Source: Paramicrosporidium saccamoebae KSL3 (lineage: Eukaryota > Fungi > Cryptomycota). From it: DNA of 24,491 nucleotides. A model generated the notes under the pieces. The model searched no databases. It was given only the letters and a program-made list of their open reading frames with translations, and was not told where the DNA came from. Location of the stretch: contig MTSL01000025.1 in the NCBI GenBank assembly GCA_002794465.1, forward strand, positions 30,811 through 55,301. The letters are read 5' to 3'. Within the stretch, counting starts at the first letter, position 1, and each line of letters starts with the position of its first letter. Of this stretch, positions 9,554 through 20,723 are shown in pieces. The translations under genes were made by a program, and so were the position numbers.

Positions 9554-10562
9554 ATACAACAAGATTCAATGCAGCAGTCATCACAAATTCTACCCAGCCT
9601 AACGTTAAAGCAAGTGACGCACCATGATAAAAGACTGTAACACCGCAATAGCTCCTGAAGTCGCTAAAGTGAACATAGAGAATGCGTTTGAACAAGAAAT
9701 CTGCCGTACGTTCGAGTTCCATACCTCTGAGGAAGAAGGTGGTGCCCTAAGAAAGTTGCAAAGTATGTTGCTCAATATCAATGACGAAAGCATTGATGAT
9801 CCGTGGGACTATATGGATATGCTTTTGGAGCTGTTCAATGATTGTACCTTTGAGTCAGAATTGAGGTACCGAATTTGAGTTATTTTCACAATATAGATCC
9901 AAAGATGGAATGTTTTCCATCTTGTACTCTGTTCCAGACCGTGGATTTGGGAGTTTTAGATGCGGAAAACTTCCAAATGAACCATTCAGCAAAGAAGATA
10001 TTCCAGACATTTCCATGAAGGAATTTTCCCGGGTAACCGGCATCAATGTCTCTAAGGATTAAATCGATATTTCTTGGAATGTGCGCGTAGAAATGGATTG
10101 TGAAGAATACGCCAGTCTAAGGGAGTACTTTTTGGACAATGGTCTATTAGGGTGGTACTATGCCCCCCAGAAGCGTAGGCCTGGAGAACGTTGGAGACTT
10201 GTTCCGCCCTACCCACCAATCGAGATCAGTGCTGTCTTATTACACATAAGGAGACAAAAAGGCTTTCTCACCGTGGACGACAGGCTGATACGATGGGCAT
10301 CGTTATGCACACTGCCTCAAGGACTCTATTATTCCAGCAGGAATACGCAAGTCGCCCCGAGGAATGGAATCGTGTCCTCCTTATTCTTGACGTCTGTGAT
10401 GATGACATCCAGACAATGCTCGAATTCGCAGGCAGGATGCATCTTTTGGACCCCATCCGTGACCCCATTCCGATTCGTGTTCTTGAGGTAACCACTGTCT
10501 TCCGTGTGCTATTCCGATATTCGTTGCAAGATTTTGAATTAGCATATAGTTCTTCTATGTGA
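9547..10562 (+). pseudogene. Family A copy A4. Exons 9547-9613, 9652-9865, 9897-10562; nonsense codon plus frameshift
   Basis: Introns are 9614-9651 (38 nt) and 9866-9896 (31 nt). An in-frame TAA at 10060-10062 sits where paralogues have Glu. A 1-nt deletion in the G-run at 10295-10297 breaks the RWGIV motif. Confidence 0.85.
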
Positions 10563-11045
10563 CACATTCTCATTCACTTGCCATCTCACCGTCCCTGAAT
10601 AAAATGCTGCTGCTATTGTCCAATATAGTAAAGACTTACTACTCTAAAGGATCTGATAAACAACGCTACAATTTACCTGTTTATGTATTCTTCATGCAGC
10701 GCCGCACTTTTACGTATAGGTCGTTGGCTCGGATGAATGGATTGTTTTAGTAAAAACTGCCATATTCATAGACAGCTACTTTCTATGCGACAGATGTAGC
10801 TAGTGGCATCTAGTGTCTGAACTGAGATCACCAATGGGCGGCGGATAACTGCTTATATAGGAATTTCAAACTAAGCAAGGGAATATACGCATAAGGAGAA
10901 TAGTGAATAACGTCGCAAGATGGGGGATGGTGGAAATCCACGAGTTGCAAGAATCTCAGACAAAGCTCCTTGCGTTTCTAATTTTAGAAGCTTGTGGGCG
11001 AGTTTATTGGATACAATAAGGGCACATCAACAGTCAGTCGAAAAC
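10563..11045. repeat. Conserved inter-copy spacer of the A tandem array; homologues at about 12058-12540, 14993-15327 and 18251-18545
   Basis: Shared text includes gtgacac...ccatctcaccRtccctgaataaaatgctgctg, catattcatagacagctactt and gtcgcaagatgggg. The A4-A5 and A5-A6 period is about 1.49 kb. Confidence 0.85.
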
Positions 11046-11115
11046 GTGAAACGCGTCGCAGAGTTTGCCAAAATGCAGACTTGATCTAGCCTAACACTAA
11101 AGCAGGTAGTACGAG

Positions 11116-12057
11116 ATGATAAGAGACGTTGACTCTGGAGTAGTTTTTGAAGCCTCCGCCACAGAGGGCTTTGAGCGCGCGTTTGAAGAAGAGGAGGATC
11201 TCGTGTTTGAATTCAGCAGTTCTGAGGAAGAAGATGGTGCCCTAACAAAGCTACAGAGCATGATGCTTAATATCGAGGATAAGAGTATCGACGATCCATC
11301 AAAGTGCATGAACAGGCTTGTGGGGCTGTTCAAAGGCCACATCTTTGAACCGGAGCTGAGGTATCTGATCGAGTTGTCTTTATAGTGTAGAGTCAAAGAC
11401 GGAATGTTCATGATCGTATACTCTGTTACAGATGGTGGATTTGGAGGCTTTCGGTGCGGAAAGTTGCCGAGTGAACCATTCAGCAAAGAAGAGGTTCTAG
11501 ACATGTCCATAAAGGAGGTATCTCGTGTCACTGGGATCGAATTTTCTATGGATGAGGTCGAAATTTCTTGGAATGTACGCGTAGAAATGAAGTGTGAAGA
11601 CTATGCCAGTCTAAGGGAGTACTTTTTGAATGATGGCCTATTGGGGTGGCAATACGTCCCCAAGGCGCACAGGCCAGGAGAGCGTTGGAGACGCAATCCA
11701 ACCCACCCAGCCATTGAGATCAACGCTGTTCTATGGTATATCAAGAGACTCGCAGGCCACCTCACCGTAGAGGACAGGCTAATACGATGGGGAATCGTGA
11801 TGCACACTGCGTCAAAGACTCTAGCATTTCAGCAGAAATACGCAAGTCGCCCCGAGGAATGGAATCGTGTCCTCCTTATCCTTGACGTCCGTGATGATGA
11901 CATCCAGAAAATGCTCGAGTTCGCAGGCAGGATGCATCTTTTGGACCCCATCCGTGACCTCATTCCGATTCGTGTTCTCGAGGTTATCACCGTCTTCCGC
12001 GTACTGTTCCGATATTCGTTGCAGGATTTTGAACTGGCATATAGTTCTTCTATGTGA
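11116..12057 (+). CDS. Family A copy A5. Exons 11116-11360 and 11391-12057 (303 aa)
   Basis: Intron 11361-11390 (30 nt, GTATCT...TGTAG, contains an in-frame TAG) joins EPELR|VKDGM. Intron-1 splice sites are kept at 11106 and 11143, but the upstream exon has a GTG start and a TAG. Confidence 0.8.
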
Positions 12058-12609
12058 CACTTTCCCATTCACTCGCCATCTCACCATCCCTGAATAAAAT
12101 GCTGCTGTTATTGTTCAATCTAATAAGAGGCCTACCATGAAGCGTCTGATAAACAGCGCTACGGCTTGGCCGGCTATGCATTCTTCATACAGTACGGCCC
12201 CTTGGCTCACAGGTTATTGACTTGGATGAATGGATTGCTTTATTAAAGCATACGGCATGTTCATAGACAGCTACTTTCTGTGCGGCCGATATAACCAGTG
12301 GTACCTGGTGTCTGGTTTGGGTCTACCAACTAATGGTAGATTTCTGCTTATTTAAAAATTCCAAACTAAGCAACGAGGTACACATCTAAGGAGAATAGTA
12401 AATAGTGTCGCAAGATGGGGGTGGTGGAAATCCACAAATTACAAGAATCCCAGACAAAGATCTTTGCGTTTCTAATTTTAGAAGCTCGAGAGAGTCTATT
12501 GGACGTTATGAGGGCGTATCAACCGGTCAATCCATAAAGGCATGAAACATGTTACGGAATTTGCCAAAATGCATACTTAATCTAGCTAAACGTTAAAGCT
12601 TGACACTCC

Positions 12610-13552
12610 ATGGTAAAAGACTTTGACATTACAATAGATTCCGATTCCTCAGCCAAAATATACCTGAAGGGTGAATTTGAGAAAGAGATGAATCTCACAT
12701 TTGAATTTGCTGACTTTGAAGAGGAGGATGCCTCTCTAGAAAAGTTACAGAGCATGCTGCTTGGTACCAAGGGTGGAAGAATAGATGACCCGTCCGAATA
12801 TATGGAAGAGCTTGTCAGACTGTTTAAGGACTACACATTCGAGCCGGAGTTAAGGTATCAAGTTTGTGCTGTTTTCATGGCTTAGACTAAAAGATGGAAT
12901 AATCATGGTTCTTTACTCTGTTCCAGCCAGCGGGTTTGGAGGATTTCGGTGTGGAAAAATACCAGATGCACCATTTAGTAAAGAAGACATTCCGGACATG
13001 TTCACAGAGAACATTGCCCGCATGACCGGCATCAAAGTCCCTTCTGGTGAAGTTGGCATCTCATGGGATGGGAGCGCAGACAAGGAATACGACAAATGTG
13101 CCAGTGCGAAAGAGTTCTTTTTGAATAATGGTCCGCTCGGGTGGCATTATGCGCCCAAGAAGCGTAGACCGGGAGAACGCTGGAGAAGCCATCCATCTCA
13201 GCCGTCAGCCGAGATTAGTGCAGTCTTTTTGCATATAAAGAGATTCACAAGCCATCTCACCGTAGAAGACAGACTGACCCGATGGGGCATTGTTATGAAC
13301 GTTGCGTCGCAAGTACTAGCATTTCAGCAGGAGTACACAGCCCGCCCTGAGGAATGGAGTCGTGTCCTCCTCATTCTTGACGTCTGTAAAGAAGATATTC
13401 AGACAATGCTAGAATTCGCCGATGGAATGCACTTGTTGAATCCCATCCGGGATCTCATTCCGATTCGTGTTCTCGAGGTAACTACTGTCTTCCGTGTGCT
13501 GTTTCGACTTTCGTTGCGAGAGTTTGAGTTGGCTTGTAACGTAGAGGATTGA
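12610..13552 (+). CDS. Family A copy A6. Exons 12610-12854 and 12886-13552 (303 aa)
   Basis: Intron 12855-12885 (31 nt, GTATCA...TTAG) joins EPELR|LKDGI. The intron-1 donor is lost and the acceptor is kept at 12637. Confidence 0.8.
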
Positions 13553-14049
13553 TTGATTGGGTGTTTGAGGATGGTTTGTTAGTTTGGATAAGAAATAGTC
13601 GGAACAATCGATGAAAGATAATGAGATCTATATCTTTGTCGCGTAATGGGGATAATACCACGGACTTTGTCAAGCGGGAAGAGAGCCCGTTCCAGGAGGC
13701 TCGTTCAGTTAGCTATCATCGGCTCCTGGTCGTAGTGGTCGCGCTTTAGGTATTCTCAACAAAACACATCGACGGCGGACCATTGCGTATCATTAAAATC
13801 TCCAGAACAATACAACAGGTAGGTGTCAGTGAATCATAAAATACACTGTATAAGGGCCAGGACTAAAATAGGCCTTTGCAAATATTGTTAATGACAACAA
13901 GCACACTTTTTATTGGCCGCTGCGCTTCTAATGAAAGTTTGGAGTCGAGTTCATTGGATATAGTAAGGACACATCAACAATCAATTGGACGAATATGAAA
14001 CAGTCCCTATTAATTCCAGCCAGCCGAATATTGAAACTGGTAGCACACA

Positions 14050-14992
14050 ATGATAAATGATTCTGATATTGCAATAGCTTCCTCATCCTCGGCCAAAATA
14101 AATATAAAGAAGGAGTTTGACGAAGAGACGGACCTCGCATTTGAATTTGACAACTTTAAAGAAGGAGATGGCGTCATAGAACAGCTGCTTAGTATGCTAC
14201 CCAGTGCGAGGGAAGAGAAGATTGAAGACAGTTGGGACCATCTAGACAAGCTCGTAGAGCTGTTTAATGATTGCACTTTCGAATCAGAGCTGAGGTATCA
14301 AATTCAAGTTATTTTCATGGTGTAGACTAAAGGATGGGATGACAATGATCCTCTACTCTGTCCCAGCCAGTGGGTTCGGAGGCTTTCGTTGCGGAAAGCT
14401 ACCAGATAAACCATTCAACAAAGAAGACATTCCAAACCTATTTACAGAAAACGTTGCTCGTACAACCGGCATCGAAGTCTCCCCCCACGAAGTTGGCATT
14501 TCATGGGAGGGGTACGTAAGTAAAGGATACGCCGCCCATACCGATATGAGGGAGTACTTTCTAAATGACGGCACATTGGGTTGGCACTATGCGCCCAAGA
14601 AGAGCAGACCGGGAGAACGTTGGAGGCGCAATCCGTCTCAGCCATCCATCGAGATCAGCGCCGTCTTCTTGAGCATCAAGAGACTCAATGGCCATCTCAC
14701 TGTGGAAGACAGGCTGATACGATGGGGAATCGTGATGCACACTGCATCAAAGACTCTAGCATTCCAGCAAGAATACGAAAATCGCCCCGAGGAATGGAGT
14801 CGTGTCCTCCTTATTCTCGACGTCTGTAAAGAAGATATCCGGACAACGCTAGAGTTTGCAGGTGGGATGCACCTTTTAGACCCCATCCGTGACCTCATCC
14901 CGATGCGGGTTCTGGAAGTAGTCACTGTTTTCCGTGTGCTGTTCCGGCTGTCGCTGCAAGATTTTGAGTTGGCCTATAATTCTTCTATGTAA
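14050..14992 (+). CDS. Family A copy A7. Exons 14050-14294 and 14326-14992 (303 aa)
   Basis: Intron 14295-14325 (31 nt, GTATCA...TGTAG) joins ESELR|LKDGM. Intron-1 sites are kept at 14040 and 14077, but the upstream exon is frameshifted by a deletion. Confidence 0.8.
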
Positions 14993-15327
14993 GATTGTTT
15001 TACTCGTTTTCCATCTCATCGTCTCTTAATAAGACGCTATTGTGATTGTCCAATATAGTGTAAAGGCTTAGTACTCTAAAGGATCCGAGGAATAATGCCA
15101 TAATGCGCATTCCTCTGAAGCATAGGTTGTTGACTTGGATGGATGGGTTGCTTTATTAAAGAATACGGCATATTCATAGACAGTTGTCTTCTGTGCGACC
15201 AATGTAACTAGTGGTATCTGGCGCCTAGACTAGGGCCATCAATTGATGGTGGACATTTGCTTCCGTAAGCGTTCCACATTAGGTAATCGAATGCATTTAT
15301 AAGAGCAATGGTAAACAATATCCCAAG

Positions 15328-15402
15328 ATGGGTGGTGACAGGAGCGCTCGGAGCCCCAAGGACTCCGCCAACATTCCAGACTCGGGCGTTGGGGACTTGT
15401 AA
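15328..15402 (+). pseudogene. 5' stub of a family B1-type gene
   Basis: Encodes MGGDRSARSPKDS against B1 MGGDRSPQSPKNS. The first 39 nt match 7348-7386 at 33/39, and the upstream ttataag...caatatcc context is shared. It then runs into the 3' flank of the inverted B4. Confidence 0.7.
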
Positions 15403-15513
15403 TAAGTCTATGCTGACTTTTGTTACAATACCATTCGAATCACATGGTGGTCGTCAACTGCCAAAGTCGTGATGATCAATGACCATGTTGGGCGATCAGT
15501 CATGTAAATAAGA

Positions 15514-15843
15514 CTATTCCAATAGTTTTATTTCAAGCAACTCCTTAGATCGTTTATTAATTTGTTGAACCCGCGCTACAGAAAGTGTCAGGATAAACCT
15601 TCTATGGTCATTGATGGCACTAATGTCCTCGGAGTAGTCAAAATCCAAGGCCGGCTTTTCCGGTGCCAAGGGATATGCCATCCCGATGCTGGGATCCATC
15701 GTTAGAGACCTTAGAGCATCTCTGATACTCTGATGCTGGTGTAGCTGATATCCGGGGTCGCCTGAGCGCATAGAAGTGACCCATACTCGAGGGATTGGGC
15801 CATTGCTAGCAGAGTCAGCTTGAGTCTCTTTTGAGCTCTCCAT
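15514..15843 (-). CDS. Family B copy B4 (109 aa), near-duplicate of B3
   Basis: Same length as B3, with an identical N-terminus MESSKETQADSASNGPIPRVWV and C-terminus RSKELLEIKLLE. Confidence 0.7.
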   Translation of the reverse strand: MESSKETQADSASNGPIPRVWVTSMRSGDPGYQLHQHQSIRDALRSLTMDPSIGMAYPLAPEKPALDFDYSEDISAINDHRRFILTLSVARVQQINKRSKELLEIKLLE

Positions 15844-15991
15844 CCCTTGTGCAAGCTTATCAATGACTTTTATACTTACGCTCTTAACCTAATTAGGAAA
15901 ATTGAACGTCAAGTGTGCCAAGTTATGCCCTTATATGCTATAAATAAAAGACACCACGTATTGCTGATAAAGCTTGCTATATACATTTATC

Positions 15992-17035
15992 TCATACAGA
16001 GGCGTTGTACGCCAATTCAAACTTTTGCAATGAAATTCGGAACAGCACTCGGAACACTGTAATCACTTCGAGGACTCTGATTGGGATGAGGTCCTGGATG
16101 GGATCCAAATGATGCATCCCATCTATAAACTTGAGCATTGTCTGGATGTCCTCTTCACAAACATCAAGGACAAGGAGGACACGATTCCATTCTTCGGGGC
16201 GGTCTGTGTATTCCTGCTGAAATTGTCGGACGTTCAGCCCTAGCAACTTTACAAGACCCCACCGCGTGAGACGTTCCTCGATTGTGAGGTAGCCCTCAGG
16301 AAACATTTTGATGCGTTGAAGAACAGCACTAATCTCGTGCGAGGTCTGGGACTTGTGGATCCTCCAGCGCTGGCCAGGCATGCGTGATTTTGGTGCATAG
16401 ACCCAGCCTAGAGCCTTTCCGTCCATAAAATACTCTCACAACCCTGCATGCTCTTTGGCGTACTCGTCCACGAGACTCTCCCGTAAAACTCGAGCTTCGT
16501 CACATGCTACTTTGATGCCAGTTATTCGCGCGACTTCTCCTGAAAAGAGAGTAGGAATCTCGTCCTTAGAGAATTGTCGATCTGGCAACCTGCCGCACCG
16601 AAAGGCTGCCCCTACTCCGACCCTAGGAACGTAGTGCTTTATGCGAAACATACCGTCCTTGATCCTACACCATGAGAACGACATGAGTTAATTACCTCAG
16701 CTCGGATTCGAATACATGGCCTTTAAACAGCTCTACAAGGTTGCCCATGCGAGTTGCCAAAAGGACGTCATCGTCCTTTACACTGGTTCCGAGTAACAAT
16801 TCCTCAAGGTGGCAGAGAACATCCTTTCTCTGTTGAATGTCATCAAATTCAAAGGCATTGCTGGTCTCCTTTGTGAACCCTTTGTACACTATCTCTTGCT
16901 CCAAGGTCCCGTAGCCAGCTACAACTGCAACTTCAACCTCAACATCCTTCTTCATTGTGTGCTACCTATTTCTGTAGTGTTGGATTTAATTGTATTCTGT
17001 ATAATCGCCTCGTCAAAATCTGCTGCAGGTTTCAT
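15992..17035 (-). pseudogene. Family A copy A8. Exons 17035-16966, 16918-16696, 16664-15992; one internal TGA
   Basis: Intron 2 is 16695-16665 (31 nt, GTAATT...TGTAG). Intron 1 runs from 16965 to 16919 (47 nt; in-frame alternative acceptors give 35 or 41 nt). A single in-frame TGA at 16438-16436 replaces the Arg of REYF; the frame is otherwise intact. Confidence 0.75.
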
Positions 17036-17227
17036 TTTTGCCCAATTAGTTTGCTATTGACTAATAGTGGCCATAAAAGTTGCCTTGTTTATCTAATTTT
17101 GATGCGGTTCTGACTGCACGGCTATTCAAAGCAAATCATTGGTTCTCGCATTTCCGAGTTTAGACTCTTGGGTGGGAGATCACCAGGTGTCATAAAGGTA
17201 CCTCAACAAATCAGCAATTGGATAAGC

Positions 17228-18250
17228 ATGAAACCCACTACAGAGTTGGATGGCTCTAATGTTACAAATTCAATTCAAACTAACACGAGAAAAGCAGGTA
17301 GCGCACAATGAAGAAAGATTCTGTTACTGTAATAGCTTCCAAAAGTCCAGCTCACGAAGAGTTGGAAACCGAGTTTGAGAACGAAATTTGTTGCGCATTT
17401 GACTTTGACAGCTTTGAGGAGGAAGATGAGGTCCTGGAGCGACTTGAAAAGACGCTACTTGGAAAAAACTCTGAAAACACTGATCCATCGGAGCAAATGG
17501 ACAGACTCGCAGAAATATTCAGAGATTGCGTCTTTGAGCGAGAGCTGAGGTATCAAATTTGAGTTGTATTCATGCTGTAGAATAAAGGACGGGATGCTTG
17601 GCATCTTACACCTTGCTCCCGCTGGTGGGTTTGGAACTTTTCGTTGTGGAAAGCTACCAGATACACCATTAGTCACGGAGGAGATTCCACAAATTTTCGC
17701 CAAAGTGGTTGAGCGTGTGACAGGGATAAAGGTTCCTGCGGATGAAACTGAGATTTCATGGGATGTACGGGTGGATAAACCATATGAAGACTATGCCAGT
17801 CCAGCGGAATATTTTGGCAATGACGGCTTGCTAGGATGGAGCTATTCGCCCAAAACGCGCATGCCTGGAGAGCGCTGGAGGTGGAGCTCTTCGTGGATAT
17901 CACACGAAATCAATGCAGTGTGCCAGCGTATCAAATTATCCAATGAAGGCTATCTAACTGTCGAGGAGCGACTGACGAGGTGGGGACTTGTATTACACAT
18001 TTCAGCCAAGATTAGGGAATTGCGGGATAGTTACATGGGCCGAAATGAAGCGTGGGAGCATGTCCTCCTTACTCTTGATGTCCGGAAGGAAGACGTCGAG
18101 ACAATGTTAGACTTTACTGACCGTATGCATAGTATGAATCCCATCCGGGACCTCATCCCAATCCGTGTTCTCGAGGTGATTACAGTGTTTCGTATACTGT
18201 TTCGATTGTCATTGAAACAGTTCGAGATGGCATGTAGCGCCTCTATGTGA
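17228..18250 (+). CDS. Family A copy A9. Exons 17228-17297, 17336-17549, 17581-18250 (317 aa); alternative ATG 17308 gives 303 aa
   Basis: Introns 17298-17335 (38 nt, GTAGCG...ATAG) and 17550-17580 (31 nt, GTATCA...TGTAG) both restore the frame. No lesions. Confidence 0.82.
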
Positions 18251-18953
18251 CACCTTTCCATCTCAACATCCCTGGGTAAACTGCTGTTGTGATCGTTCAA
18301 TATAGTAAAAAGGCTCATTATCCTGAATAATCTGAGGAATAATGCCAAAATGCACCTTCTTCGTGCAGCACTGCTCTCTGGCGCATAGGTTGTTAAATGA
18401 ATAGTAAACGTTACTGTTGGGTTGAATGGGTACGATTACTATGTTGAAGGGTCTGGCGGATTTATAGACAATTACCCCCAGTGTGGCAGATCTGACAAGT
18501 GGGGGTGCCATCTGGATTGGATCTTCAGCATTTAGAAGACTTGACAATATCCGACACTTGCAAGAAGTCTATAACTTGTCTCAGGAGGCTCACAATTAAA
18601 AGTTATTAGCCTTTGAAGAGAGTAGTGGGTTCAGGTCCATTCAGTGAGGACATGCCACCAATAACATGAGACTGCGTAATTTCATAATATCCAAGGCATT
18701 TCAGTGTAACACAATGTACAATATAAAAAGAGCCAAACTACTCACTTTGTTGTATAAATGCTGCCGACCGCGGCATGACAGTCCCTTGTCAACAATCGTC
18801 ACAATTTGCTCTTGGGCTTTTGCATGGCTGCCCATGGGGTACCACTAAAGGGCATCGGCCAACCAGTAGTGCAACTTTGAAACATACGGCAAGATTTAAT
18901 GCAACAGTCGTTGCAAACTCTCCCCAGCTTAGCACTGAAGCAGATAGCATACA

Positions 18954-19914
18954 ATGATAAAAGACCTTGCCGCTGCAATAGCTTCTGAAACCTCTGCTAA
19001 AGACAGAGTGGAGGGAGAATTCGAGAGAGAGACGTGCCTTGCATTTGAGTTTGACAGCTTTGAAGAGGAAGATGGCGCTCTAAGGGGGCTACAGAGCATG
19101 CTGCTTAACACCCAAGATGAAAGCATCGATGATCCGGTAGAGTGCATGGAAAAGCTCGTGGAACTGTTCAAGGATCACACCTTTGAGCCGGAGCTGAGGT
19201 ATCCTAATTGAGTGGTTTTCATGAGTTAGGGTGGAAAACGGAATGTTTACTATCGTATTCTTTATCCCAGGCCGTGGGTTTGGGGGCTTTCGATGTGGAA
19301 AGCTGCCAGACCATTCATTTAGCAAAGAAGAGATTCCGGACATATTCTCTAAAGAATTTTCCCGTATAACAGGCATTGAGGTCTCTCAGGAGGAAACGCG
19401 CATTTCATGGAACGTTCGTTCCGACAAAGAGTATGATGAATATGTCAGTCCAAGGGAATACTTTCTTGATGACGGTGTAATGGCATGGCACTATGCCCCC
19501 AAGATGCATAGATCTGGAGAGCGTTGGAGATATAATCCAACTCAACCAACCATTGAGATTAGCGCTGTCTTTTTGCATATAAAGGAACTCTCAGGCTACC
19601 TCACCGTGGAAGACAGACTGACACGATGGGGTATTATAACGCACGTTGCGTCGCGAGCTCTAGCATTCCAGCAGGAATATGCAGACCGTCCTGAGGGCTG
19701 GAGGCGCATTCTCCTCATCCTTGACATCCGTGAGGAAGACATTCGGCTGATGGAAGAGTTTACCAATAAAATGCGCCTTTTGGATCCCATCCGCGACCTC
19801 ATCCCGATCCGGGTCCTGGAAGTAATCACTGTCTTCCGGGTGCTGTTTCGACTTTCTTTGGGAGAGTTTGAACTGGCTGACAATGCTCCCCATAAGATAA
19901 CTCTGGCCAATTAA
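18954..19914 (+). CDS. Family A copy A10. Exons 18954-19198 and 19230-19914 (309 aa)
   Basis: Intron 19199-19229 (31 nt, GTATCC...TTAG) joins EPELR|VENGM. The upstream exon starts with TTG and its donor reads AT at 18944. Confidence 0.8.
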
Positions 19915-20723
19915 ACTCACCAAAAATACATTAACGTTATTAAAAGTATTCACTACCATAACCAGGTTATTAAAGTATATAGACTACAAGCCACACGGAT
20001 CCTGAATGTGGCGGTCTTTCGACCCACAATGTTTCTAAATAAGGTAATATATTAAAATTATAAAGGTAGATCCAAAAACTGTGCGGATGGGCGGCCACCA
20101 AGGTTCATAGTTCGATTTTGTCAATTAATGGAAATATATGTCTGCTAAGCAGTATCCGCCTGTCGTGTAGTAGGGAAAACACCGCGGGCCAAGCCAGACG
20201 AGAAGAGACGAAAAGAAATCGTGTCCATTGTTAATCCAACGGCCTAATTCAGGCGAGAAGAGAGCTTGGTCACTGCTGATCCCAAAATCGTAAGAATACA
20301 GACCCCACTGTTCTCAAATACTCAGCCAATCGCTCCACTCTATTACACAGACATGTCTTCCCCAAGCTGGGGAACTATCTCCAAATAACATCGCAATCAA
20401 TCCTCTACTTCACACGTCTATGACTGGCAAGTCTGACCCAGATAGCGACCCTACAGTCCATTCCTGCCACGTTGAGGATGGTGGCCTATAAAGGAGCCAC
20501 ATTCTTTAATAAACTTGGAATTGACTCATCAACAACGCTTTCAAATGCGCTGATTTGGCTTTGACAGTTTCTATTGACCAAAAAATTAACTTTTGGATAT
20601 CTATAATTAGAGCCAATTGGTTGTTGGAAAGGTACAGGCACGTCGATAGGGTGAACATGAAACGCGCCGCATAACTCGAAGAGAATGACACGCAAAACAC
20701 GATTCAGCCGAATATTCGGAAAA

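Noticed and set aside
13600-13720. Minus-strand peptide LFPLDKVRGIIPIT resembling the A-family LDPIRDLIPIR or a mitochondrial-carrier PxDxxR motif
   Set aside because: Similarity is limited to a few residues, has no support on either flank, and lies in a short frame with no start.
9547-15330. Possible CRISPR array, satellite or transposon explanation for the ~1.5 kb periodicity
   Set aside because: The repeat unit is a spliced protein gene plus spacer. I see no short repeat-spacer pattern, transposase, reverse transcriptase, LTR or terminal inverted repeat.
19935-19987. Short imperfect direct repeat gttattaaaagtattcactac / gttattaaagtatatagactac downstream of A10
   Set aside because: Short, AT-rich and only two units. 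It is probably local slippage and I cannot support a function.
10060-20674. Stop-codon reassignment (TAA at two Glu positions, TAG at a Gln position, TGA at an Arg position)
   Set aside because: MRE11 and GR have no internal stops and end at TAA and TAG at the expected positions. The replaced residues differ, and each is one substitution from the sense codon, so these are ordinary nonsense changes.
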